Origin: Octopus vulgaris
Taxonomy: Eukaryota
Direction: 5' to 3'
NCBI GenBank assembly: GCA_951406725.2
Contig: OX597829.1
Span: 52,576,001 to 52,640,000, forward strand
DNA length: 64,000 nucleotides
Shown here: positions 53,101-64,000 of the stretch, one piece after another
Layout of the letters: every line of letters begins with the position of its first letter
Numbering within the stretch: position 1 is the stretch's first letter
Translations under genes and position numbers: made by a program
Notes under the pieces: generated by a model
Database searches by the model: none
Told to the model about the DNA's origin: nothing
Seen by the model: only the letters and a program-made list of their open reading frames with translations

Positions 53101-53196
53101 TAAGTTATGGAGATATAAACAAATCAACTTCTACTGTCAAGCAGGTGGGAGGAACAAAGATATACATACGCATGTATGCACATGTTTGCATGTGCA

Positions 53197-53251
<55 letters not shown>

Positions 53252-54181
53252 GATGGACTGCCACATAACTTTCATCTACCAAATTCACTCATAAAGCATT
53301 AGTTAACTTGGGGCTATAGTGGAAGAAACTTGCCCAAGAGGCTATGTTTTTTTTATATATAATGTGAGGGTGTTGTACTCCAGGGTAATGAAGATGAATC
53401 AAGATTTTGTTAATTATATGATTTTTTTTTTAAAAAAAAAGCAATTTTAGGTGAATTGGAATAAGTATTTTTTTAAACAACAATAGTTAAATGTTTTGTA
53501 AAGTTTGAACTTAATTGTCATGAGCTAATGTAGACTTTGATATGTCAATATCATGTTGGCTTTTGTTTGGCATGATTTAGATTTGGGCTGACATAGATAT
53601 TTAATTAGGCTGACATCATCATCATCATCATCGTTTTAATGCCCACTTTTCCATACTTGCATGGATTGGGTTTATTGAGGTAGATTTCCTGCAACTGGAT
53701 GTCCTTCCTGTCACCAACCCTCACCTGTTTCCAAACAAGGTAATATTTCCCCGTGGCTGGACAGATTTTTTTTTTTTTGTAGAACATTAGAAATGAATGA
53801 CAATGCTAGTAATACAGGGATATTCATTTCACAGCCATCATGTGATGTCAAGATAAGAAGACACAAACGTACACACACACATCTGTACTCGTATACTATA
53901 GGTTTCTTTCAGTTTATACCTGCCAAGTTCACTCACGAGGCTTCGGTCAACCTTGCCCAAGGCGACATGCAGTGCGACTGAACCTGGAACCATGCGGTTA
54001 GAAAGCTTACCACAGACGTGTCAAGACAACAAATTTTCTATCATAGTAGGCAATGTTGAAAATGATAAACATCTCTCTTCATCAGTCTCTCTTAGAAGCA
54101 GGTTATGTAAATCAACTCAATGGAGATTCTACAAGGTCACTTGATGTGCTAGAAATAGTAGCACATCTAAGTTAAAACCAT

Positions 54182-54415
54182 ACCTATTTCTTAACTATCC
54201 ACAAGGGGCTAAACACAGAGAGGACAAACAAGGACAGACAAACGGATTAAGTCGATTATATCGACCCCAGTGCGTAACTGGTACTTATTTAATCGACCCC
54301 GAAAGGATGAAAGGCAAAGTCGACCTCGGTGGAATTTGAACTCAGAACGTAACGGCAGACGAAATACGGCTACGCATTTTGCCCGGTGTGCTAACGTTTC
54401 TGCCAGCTCGCCACT
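54182..54415 (-). mobile_element. SINE family B, young full-length copy, inserted in an older unclassified repeat
   Basis: Near-identical to 49917-50150. The flanks (tgctagaaatagtagc... / ...tcctagatata...ggtcattacaggaatgcc) belong to a repeat also seen near 16050, 19090, 47900-48240 and 52315-52720. Confidence 0.88.
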
Positions 54416-54923
54416 TAAACAAGGCAGAGGGCTCATTGGGTAATGTAAATGTAATCCTAGATATACCTTTTAAATAAAACATAGCATGGTCATTACAGGA
54501 ATGCCATTGACCATAGCTTTACTCATCACACCCTCCTTGCACCACCAGTGTGCCCATGATGGAGCACTAGTTTCAAAGATTGTAACAGGTCATACTGCTA
54601 GCCCAGTAATTAGACTTGTTTATTTTATTTTATCATTTCTTTGAAAATTGCTTTGTTTTTGACATAAAGGAACCTTACTTGACACTGGTAAATGTGAACA
54701 CGCGCATGCATCTATGCATGCATGTGCATGCACTCTCTCTCTTTACTGCAGTTTTCATCTACTAAATTCCAACAACAAGATATTGTCACTTTGTTGATGC
54801 AGTAGTAGAAGTTACTTGCCCAAGGTGCCATGCAGAAGTTCAAACCTGAAACAATGTGATTGCAAAACAAACTATTTCTCACATGACTATTTCTCTCCCT
54901 CTCTCTCTCTCCCTCCCCCACTC

Positions 54924-54959
<36 letters not shown>

Positions 54960-56774
54960 GTGTGTGTGTTCATTATTTGTATTGAGTTAGTTTCTCTGTG
55001 TAGTTTTTTTTTAGAGTTATTCAGTTCTTTAGGAATTTTTCAAGGGGACTCGTGTGAGGGTCAAATTCTTAACAAGTGCTCAAGTTAAATTACGTGTGTA
55101 TCTTATTGTTGTTCGTCAGCTGCTGGTCTTATATGGAAGTCTTTTAGAGAATTTCAATAACAATTAAGTGTTCTTGTTAGTAGTAGTTCCTCCACAGTTA
55201 ATTCCTGCTACAATCAGTCGTTGGAAGAGTTACAGTTGTATTCATGTCTACATTTCTCTGCCAGTTCTTGTTTTCTGTTGAGCTTCTGAAATGGCTGAAA
55301 GTAAATGTAGTATTTTTTGGCGAGGCAAAGATTTTGTTTTTTTGTAGTTGTTTTAATTTCAGCTCTGGACCAACTCACTGACTGTTACCCCTGTAGCCGA
55401 CTAATGTGTAATATGCTGATCAGGAGGACCATAAATGTTATATTCTGATAAGTGTGTGTGTTACATGGTTTCGGGCTCAGTCCCACTGCGTGGCACTTTG
55501 GGTAGGTGTCTTCCGCTATAGCCCCGAGCCGACCGAAGCTTTGTGATTGAATTCGGTAGGTGGAAGTTACTGCTGTGTGTGTATGTGTGCGTATAGCTGC
55601 TCAGTGCCTCTCCGAAAGAGAGAGAGGGAATATATATATATATTTGTGTGTGTATATTAATCATGGTTTTACATTTCTAGTTTGGAATAGCCTAAGAATG
55701 AAAGTACATCTCTGATAAAGTAGATTTTTAAGAGGTTTCCCAACCATTTTTCTGGTTCCTTAAGAAAACAATTGAATATCTTTATATCATCTGTAATCTC
55801 CACAGCTAAAGCTTTCAAATAAATAACTGTAGATTCATCTATATTATACATGTCTTAGGTATTGTGATTTCTGACACATCTTGATGAAATTTTGAGCAAC
55901 AATAGAATGAATCATCAACTGTTTGCTTATGGATAATGTGTGTGTGTGGGTGGGTGGGTGGGTATGTATATATATGTGTGACTGCAGATATAACCTTCTC
56001 ACAATGGATATACAATACTCTATTAAACACCATAACCAAGATATTTTTTCTATAAAAATATGTTGTTTTTTTTTTCATATTGCTGGGTGGCAAGAACTTG
56101 GAATTAACAACAAACAATGCTAATAATAATAATAATAAAAATCATAATCATAATAATAATAATAATAATGATAATAATAATAATCTTTTGATTGTCTTTT
56201 ATTATCCATCTGGCATTTCCATTTGCCCATTGTCTCATTTGCCAAGGTATATTAACTCAGCAGGAACTGTCATAAATTTTCTTTTATATATTTTTAAGGA
56301 AAAAAAAAAACATTAAAAGAAAATTCATCAGTTGATTGAATGACTCCATAGATAGAATGAAATAAACTACATATATACAAACAATCATAGATAGACACGC
56401 TCACATTCAGATTCTCTGTATAAAAATTGGAACATGATGCAATTATAATAACATGTATGTATGTTTGTGCATGTATATGTGCATACACATATTTGTATAT
56501 TTGTGACACTGTATATATTTATGTATACATTTATATATCTGTGACATAGTGTGTGTGTGTGTGTGTGTGTGTGTGTCTGTCTGTCTGTCTATATGCATGC
56601 AGATCCTTATGGTGCATGCATAAGCATGTGCCAAGTTGTAGGCTATCATTTTGCTCTCAGGCATCTGAATCAATTTTACATAGAAGTACATATTTCCAAA
56701 GAGGCAAAGTCTTAGACTGTGATTCTCTTTAAATTTGAGCAATACAAGGTGCTGCTGCTAGTGTATTTAACTAG

Positions 56775-56805
<31 letters not shown>

Positions 56806-56821
56806 ATGTAAATATACTCGT

Positions 56822-57133
56822 GGGGGTGCAATGGCCCAGTGGTTAGGGCAGCGGACTCGCGGTCGTAGGATCGCGGTTTCGATTCCCAGACTGGGCGTTG
56901 TGAGTGTTTATTGAGCGAAAACACCTAAAAGCTCCACGAGGCTCCGGCAGGGGGTGGTGGCAATCCCTACTGTACTCTTTCGCCACAACTTTCTCTCATT
57001 CTTTCTTCTGTTGGCTAGCTCGCTTAGCCAGCGGGGTGGCGTCATTTGAAGGCTAAAACAATGTGAAGCGCATTGTGACCAGCGATGTGTAGCAACATCT
57101 GATAGCCTGGTCAGTCACGGTGATCACAGTGAT
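56822..57133 (+). mobile_element. tRNA-derived SINE family E, young
   Basis: Head gggggtgcaatggcccagtggttagggcagcggactcgcggtcgtaggatcgcggtttcgattccc, unique body, tail ggtcagtcacggtgatcacagtgata. Confidence 0.8.
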
Positions 57134-58070
57134 AAATATACTCATGCAGTAATTTTCATAGACCTTCACAGTAAAAAACAGATTGGTTGAATTTGAGAAC
57201 CAAAATAGCACACCTGTCAGGTACAATGATATAAATATGAATATACATACACAGGGGAAAATGGTTAATGGCATTTTGTTTGTCTTTGTCCTGAGTTCAA
57301 ATTCTGACAAAGTTGACTTTGCCTTTCATCCTTTCAGAATTGATGAAATAAGTACCAGTTATGCACAGGGATCAATGCAATTGATTGCCCCTTCTCCTAA
57401 AATTTTGGGTCTTGTACCTATGGTAGAAAGGCTGTATATATATGTGTGTGTGTGTGTATGTTTGTATTTATGTTTGTATGTTTATGTATGTCTGTGTATA
57501 TGTATGTATATGTAAACAAAAACAAGCTAAGACAAATAAAGGTGGCCAGTGGTGTGTATTTAAACAACTGACAAATAAAGGTACATCAAATACCATCGAG
57601 ATGAATTCTTTATGTATTGAAGTTACCTCCACTTCTGCAGAAGGTAAAGCAATCACTTGGGGACAATTGGAACTGACGTTGAATCAGAAAGGGGAGATAA
57701 TTTCAAGAATGAAGAATTCTCTGAAATTGACATGTCATTTAGGAACAGACTGGCTGATTGTCCAAAGGCAAAAAGCCAGCTGTAGACATCTGTTTCTGCT
57801 TCAACAAACATCATCAGTACAGTAGTTGCCCTACCTTGTCTCCAATACAGATTATTTAGATATATACAAAATAAATAGAACGCATTTATGATCAAGATGA
57901 TTTGCATATTTTAAACAAAATTGAGCCAAGGACATTAACTCAGTGGCTGTCCTGTTTAGTCAGGAAGGGCATATTCTGCTGTTTGATCAACTGACTTATC
58001 TGATGATTGAATTAGAAGGTAAATGGCAGAATATTCCATAGGCAGCCTGTCAGTAAAGAATATGAATGAA

Positions 58071-58303
58071 AGGTGGCGAGCTAGCAGAAGCGTTAGCACA
58101 CCGGGCGAAATGCTTTGCGGTACTTCGTCTGCCGTTACGTTCTGAGTTCAAATTCCGCCGAGGTCGACTTTGCCTTTCATCCTTTCGGGATCAATAAATT
58201 AAGTACCAGTTACGCAGTGGGGGTCGATGTAATCGACTTAATCTGTTTGTCTGTCCTTGTTTGTCCCCTCTGTGTTTAGCCCCTTGTGGGTAGTAAAGAA
58301 ATA
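58071..58303 (+). mobile_element. SINE family B, young full-length copy
   Basis: aggtggcgagctagcagaagcgttagcac ... gggtagtaaagaaata. Confidence 0.9.
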
Positions 58304-58462
58304 AAAGAAATAATATGAATGAATGATCATAGAAAGAACAGGAGTGGCAAGATTGTTTTTAATTACGGATATTATCTTGCAGACTCTGTTTTATTTACAA
58401 GTTTAGGGGTTGGTCTGAAGTTCTTGTAAATCCCATGCCCAAAGTGTCAGTCAATGGTATAA

Positions 58463-58696
58463 GGCGGCGAACTGGCAGAAACGTTAGCACACTGGGTGAA
58501 ATGTGTAGCCGTATTTCGTCTACCATTACGTTCCGAGTTCAAATTCCGCCGAGGTCGACTTTGCCTTTCATCCTTTCGGGGTCGATAAATTAAGTACCAG
58601 TTATGCACTGGGGTCGATGTAATCGACTAAATCCATTTGTTTGTCCTTGTTTGTCCCCTCTGTGTTTAGCTCCTTGTGGGTAGTAAAGAAATAGGT
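58463..58696 (+). mobile_element. SINE family B, young full-length copy
   Basis: ggcggcgaactggcagaaacgttagcac ... gggtagtaaagaaataggt. Confidence 0.9.
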
Positions 58697-58966
58697 ATTG
58701 AGCTCGAGACATTGTGATTCCAAAAATGAACATTAACTTTTGGCCATGTTTCATGCAACACACACACACACACATGAGTGAGCAAACAAATGAAAGGAGC
58801 ACTCAATACTTTTGGTTGAAGTTACCTGTATCTCATAACAATTTGGCATGTCTTGAAACATCTGTTGACTTGGACAGGTTCTGTGCTCATGAAACTCTAA
58901 GTAATGTGAAACCGAGTCAAACTGTCATTAAATATACACAGACACAGACAGAAAAGTATACATAAA

Positions 58967-59008
<42 letters not shown>

Positions 59009-59030
59009 GTTATATTTATATGTATATGTT

Positions 59031-59081
<51 letters not shown>

Positions 59082-59583
59082 AATTCAGAGTGTGCAATCA
59101 AAGCAGCTGTATAATGTAAACATTACCAATATCACATAACGTGTGTTGTCTAAACACCAGAAGCTGTGGGTTTTTATGTCTGGGAGAGAATCCTTTTAAA
59201 GACACGTAGTGCTAAAAAACGCAACATACCTCAGAGATAGTCAAAACAAAATCATGATCACAAGAACAGCAGATATGTTATTTTGCTGTATTTGCAGTTT
59301 ATCAATTCTAGTCTATAAAAGTCTATGCAACAGACAGTATAAAAACTATTTGTTGATTTGCAAAGTTGCAGCTTAAGTTCAATAAACTCAGATTATACAA
59401 TGGAAACAGCTCTGTAATGTGAATGTTATCAATATCATATATTTAACGTGTGTGCATTGGTTAAATGCCAGAAGCTATGGGTTTTTTTTTTTTGTGTCCT
59501 GGAAAAATCCTTAAAGTTGTATAGTGCTAAAAAACACAATATATTATACACACACATCACACATGTTGAGCTGAGCTGAGCTG

Positions 59584-59916
59584 AGACCCCATTCGGTCAT
59601 GTCTGACCATAGGATTGCACCTAGGAAGTTACCCTCCCAGGCACAAGTCCATGCAAGGTTGTTTATGGAAGACCAGCAGTCGCCCATGCATACCAGCCTC
59701 GCCTCTCCACACCACCAGTGTTATCCAAGGGAAAGGCAAAGGCCGATACAGCTTGGTAACTGTGATGTCGCAACTCATTTCTACAGCTGAGTGAACTAGA
59801 GCAACAAGAAATAAAGTGTCTTGCTCAAGAACACAATACACAGCCTGATCCGGGATTTGAACTCACAACCTCGCAATCGTAAGTTCGACGCTCTAACCAC
59901 TGAGCCATGCGCCTTC
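59584..59916 (-). mobile_element. SINE family C, well preserved
   Basis: Minus-strand head gaaggcgcatggctcagtggttagagcgtcgaacttacgattgcgaggttgtgagttcaaatccc. Confidence 0.85.
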
Positions 59917-60879
59917 ACATCACACATGTAAGTATGCATTGATACATAATGTGTATACTGATGCATATGCATAACAGTAGGCATTTTTTTCCTTCTACAG
60001 TTCTGTATCTTACTTCAGGAAAGTGCAAATCAATTAGCTTAGTTTAAAGTATCTTTATCTTGTTGGTGTGCATGTGTGTGCACACACTTGTGTTTGTATG
60101 CAAATTTCCATACCCTCCTCCTCCTCTTCAATGTCATTTCGTGTCTGTCTTCTTCACTGGCTTGAGTCCAATGGATTGTCATGGTCCAATCCATTTCTTG
60201 ATTGGAGTTATTGCTCTCATATATTGATTGAGGACATTATCTCCACATGCGAATTCCATTTTCTCTTTCCTTTGTTTTTTGCATGGTTTCTCTAACTGGA
60301 TGCTCTCCCTAATGTCAATCACTTTTCAAAGTGCACTGGGTGCATATACGAGTCATGACGTGAATGGTCTAACACTACAGAGCTCTTTTATTCTAGGTTA
60401 CCTGTATTTATTAAGGTTAACATAACAGAGAGAGATAGATAGATAGAAGAGAGTGAAAGGTAATAGGGCTGGGGTAATAGGAAGGAGATCAAGAATGATC
60501 AAGCAAATATAGACAGTCCTCATAGGTAACATGGTATAGTCCTAGAAGAAGGAGTAGGTGATAAGACAATGAAAAGAGAGTGAGTGCAATAGACAGAAAC
60601 TGAACAGGAACTAAAAGGGCAGGTGAGGAACCCAAAATTAAATGGACACTCTTCATTATAATGCTGCTTCAAACATGTCAATGTATTGGGCAAACGGCCA
60701 AAAACTACTAAAAACTAGACTCCATATTTAAATGTATTAACCAACATCATTTTGCTTCCAGAAAAAAATTTTTCAAAAACGATGGTGCCTATTTTCTTTT
60801 AAGATGTCTGTGTACATCACCACACTCATTCATACATTTCTGTTGCCATGTTCACAAAGATGGGTAGGTTTTTTTCCAA

Positions 60880-62450
60880 CACTTGTGTGTCACCATTCAT
60901 TGTGGAAATTTATCATTTCCATTGCGAGATTCCGTCATCTTGACATGAATCTTTACCACTTTATCCAGCGTCATTCTAGGTCTCTCTCTCTCTTCCATAC
61001 GACCAAATTTATTTAAATGAAGTCTTCCATACATGTGCTTGTTAGTGCAGTCTTCTCTCTTGCACACTTCATCTGAAGCTTCTGATATCCAGATTGTTTC
61101 TTGGTTCATTTCTGCTCTGCCACTCATGCAATTCTAGATTTTGCTTCCATGTCTGCAATTTCTTCTAAATCTTGTACATGTTCAATTATAAAAACTAGGT
61201 CATCAGCATAAAGGAGTCCCAAACACTGATGGTCTTAAACTCTCTTGTTATTATTTGGAGGATCGTAACCAATGGAACATGCTTGATTAATTTCTTCCTT
61301 TCTGTTTTTGCATCACACTCTGTGCACAACCATCATCCAAATTCCACTTTCCTCTCGGAGGGAGAGATCTTTTGTTACCAACAGAATTAATAGCTTCTTG
61401 AACTGTTCCATCTTGTTCTTATTCTGACCACTTTACTTTTGAAATGTGTACCTCCATTGATAATTGGGTCAGCTCGTTAATAAACACTATCAATTATTTC
61501 TTGGGAACCTCCTGATATTTGAAAGTTTCTTTCTCAATTGTACTTTTGCTTCTGTCTGTCTGTGCATTTTTTTCATATGTGGCGCCTATCTTCTTTGTCC
61601 ATAGTTTACATTGGGTGCACCATATGGAATTATTATTACCTTTCTTTATATTGAGTGCAGCATTTTCCCTGATAGCAGTAGTCTCTTGTTGCATTCTTGT
61701 TTATTAATAATTTAGTGTTTGTAATTCTAGGTTTTGCTTCCATGTCTACAATTCTAAACCTTCTTCATGTTTAGTTATAAAAATCAGATTATCAACATAC
61801 AGGAGTCCCAAAGACTGGTGGCCTTAAACTCTCCTTCCTGTTCATGAACTGGAGGATTATAATAACAAGAGAGGGCCTCTACCTGTATGCTAAATGTGTT
61901 GCCCAACTCCTTGCTAATTCTCACTTTGCCTACATTTCTGTACATAGCTTGCATTGCCTTCACAAGCCATTCATCTACCTCTAGCTAATTAATAACCGCC
62001 AGACTACAAAATGTGGGACTCTGTGAAAAGCCATTTCCAGGCTGATGAAGGAGAGATATTGTAGCTCAGTACTTCTCTTGCATTTGTCTCACTTGAAGAT
62101 GGCATCAATGGTATCTCTTCCTCGCACAAACTTTATATCTCATCAAGGTTAATTCTCTTACAATTTAGTTGTATAACTCTTTCACTAACCTTCATAACCT
62201 GGTCTATTTAGAGTAGCGCATTTTGCTTGTTTGTGCAGTACTTGATGCTACACTTGGCATTGGGCATGGCACCTGCATGTCCTTACTGATTGGTTGTGCA
62301 TGATAGTCTTGATATATTAGATATTTGAAGTATCTCAGCAGCTACAATTGTGGCCCATCCCTGCCTTTGTAACCTTAACCATACTTTTGACTATATTTAT
62401 CGTAATATGTGTCAATGGCAAGTCTGAGGTACTCCACCTCTCTCTTTTAC
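60880..62450 (-). mobile_element. Degenerate RTE-clade LINE ORF2 (reverse transcriptase, Cys-rich insert, C-terminus)
   Basis: Minus-strand motifs in order: FVRGRDTIDAIF..RQMQEKY (about 62070-62130), FISLEMAFHRVP (62015-62050), LLYVDNL (about 61790), NSIWCTQCKLWT (about 61610), LLILLVTKDLSL (about 61370), LLYADDLV (about 61200), RERPRMTLDKVVK (about 60960). Many stops and frameshifts. Confidence 0.8.
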
Positions 62451-62765
62451 TCTTTCAGTCTCCCAATCACCTCTCATAATAATATTACCGTCTTTTCAGT
62501 GTCAGTAAGGGAAAAAAATATGTTGCCTCTTGTTCTGTTCACACAGTTTCCATCTGCCAAATCCACTCACAAGGCTTTGGTCTGCTCGAGGCTATAGTAG
62601 AAGGCATTTGCCCAAGGTGCCATGCAGTGGAACTGAACCCAGAATCACATGGTTGGTAAGCAAGCTACTTACCACACAGCCACTCCTGCACCAATTTATT
62701 TATGTTTTGGTAGAGTGGGTGGGGTAAGGTATTGAAACCTGCCCTTGCCAATCCTTACTCTAGAT

Positions 62766-63212
62766 CAGTGCTTCCCAAACTTTTTTCTCTGGTCCGCTTT
62801 TTCGGAATTAATATTTTGCTCATGCCACACCAAAGGTCCAGAGAGAGGGTTAAAGGGAAATAATCGCAGATTCGAAATTGGAACTTTGTCATTGATAACT
62901 ATCTCCTTCCATTTGCAGACCATAGTTACTATATTCTAAGTACTTGATATAAAATGCAAAAGTATCACAATGAAAAAAAAAAAAAAATCAATCAATAATT
63001 ATTTATAATTATTTATACTGGCATTCATGCATACAATTACAAGTAATCCATAATATTTTTTTAAAATTTTGAAATCATATCTATTTTTGTTATATGATTT
63101 TTTTTTTTTAAAACTGTTTCCAGCTGTTTGATTATCCTTCAATCATTCTGCCTCACCTGCTATCCTCTTCCGCTGCACCTGTGTGGCATGCCACACCATT
63201 TGGAAACCACTG
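62766..63212. mobile_element. hAT/Charlie-type MITE
   Basis: TIRs CAGTGCTTCCCAAA ... TTTGGAAACCACTG; 8-bp TSD CTCTAGAT/CTCTAGAA fits the NTCTAGAN preference. Confidence 0.8.
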
Positions 63213-63244
63213 CTCTAGAATGGAGAAAGCTTGACCTTAAATAC

Positions 63245-63470
63245 TATGGAGTGGCATCCAGTTTGGGAATTGGTTGAGCATTCAGTCCCAAAGTTAGGCG
63301 CTAGACTCTCCAAGATCTCCCTCTCTCTCTCTCATGTATATCTCTGATATCTTTTCTCCTCAGGGTAGTCTCAGTTCTTCTAACCTCTCCCAGTAATTGA
63401 GGTAATCCGCTAGGTGTAAGAGTGATGGATTGCCTTGGGGGTCTACAGTTTGTTTGATGCCATGTAGTAA
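63245..63470 (-). mobile_element. CR1/L2-type LINE ORF2 C-terminal relic
   Basis: Minus strand LNYWERLEELRL...ILESLAPNFG resembles the CR1 pattern YxERLxxLxLxSLExRR. Confidence 0.6.
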
Positions 63471-63863
63471 TCGCAGTTGGGAGCGATAGTCCAAGTGACT
63501 GACAACAAATGTATTCCACATTATCAGTTTGGTTCCCTTTTTATTTCTTGTTTGGAAAAGAATCAGAATCTAGCCAAGCAGCCAGCCAGCCATATTGTTG
63601 CCATTGTAGTAATATTGATACTAAACGATGCAATATTACTGACATGGATTTCCGGATTATTTAATAATTGTGTCTCCAAGATTGTAATGCTCCTTTGCTC
63701 TGTATATTCTGTCTGTCATTTGTTTGTACACTATATGCATGTGTGTGTGTGTGTGTGTGTGTTGTGTTTGTGTGTGCATGTGTGGAATAAGAAAAACACT
63801 AGTATGAGGTGTGTCATTTGTTTGTAGACTGTGTTTGTGTATGATGAGAAAAGCACCCAGTAT

Positions 63864-64000
63864 GAGGTGTGGCTGTGTTGTAAGAAGCTTCCTCCTCAAC
63901 CACATGGTTCCAGGTTCAGTCTCACTCTATGGCACTTTGGGCAAGTGTCTTCTACTTATAACCTCGGGCCGATCAAAACCTTGTGAGTGGATTTGGTAGA
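63864..64000 (+). mobile_element. SINE family A head, truncated by the window edge
   Basis: ggtgtggctgtgttgtaagaag...ggttcagtctcac...ttgggcaagtgtcttctac. Confidence 0.8.

Noticed and set aside
56822-56895. tRNA-like sequence with a CGC anticodon-like loop
   Set aside because: The acceptor stem does not close and it continues into a SINE body and tail, so it is a SINE head rather than a tRNA gene.
57442-57907. ORFs 57442-57825 (+) and 57653-57907 (-) as the next exon or a nested gene
   Set aside because: The phase-1 reading from the ctgcag acceptor near 57640 ends in a stop without a convincing donor, and no homology was recognised.

Overview
AT-rich, repeat-dense animal genomic DNA; the SINE and transposon content looks like an octopus (coleoid cephalopod) genome, which is an inference from recognising the repeat families. 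Nearly all ORFs in the supplied track are artefacts of microsatellites and SINEs. The window is the interior of one + strand gene, a CEP170-like FHA-domain protein gene. I can support three in-frame coding exons: 5944-6022, 9324-9448 and 44987-45473. The first two are joined by a minor-spliceosome (U12-type) AT-AC intron (6023-9323, ATATCCTTT ... CCCTTAAC-cattgtAC) that GT-AG gene finders would miss. The introns hold at least five SINE-like families, piggyBac- and hAT-type MITEs, two non-autonomous Helitrons, RTE and CR1 LINE relics and a Tc1/mariner relic. Notable structures: a sense-strand minimal hammerhead-ribozyme fold (36699-36733), a perfect 91-bp-stem hairpin (35385-35570), several long inverted repeats able to form pre-mRNA dsRNA near exons, local templated duplications, and a candidate alternative first exon that would bypass the U12 intron. 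Repeat boundaries are read by eye and are approximate unless termini are quoted.
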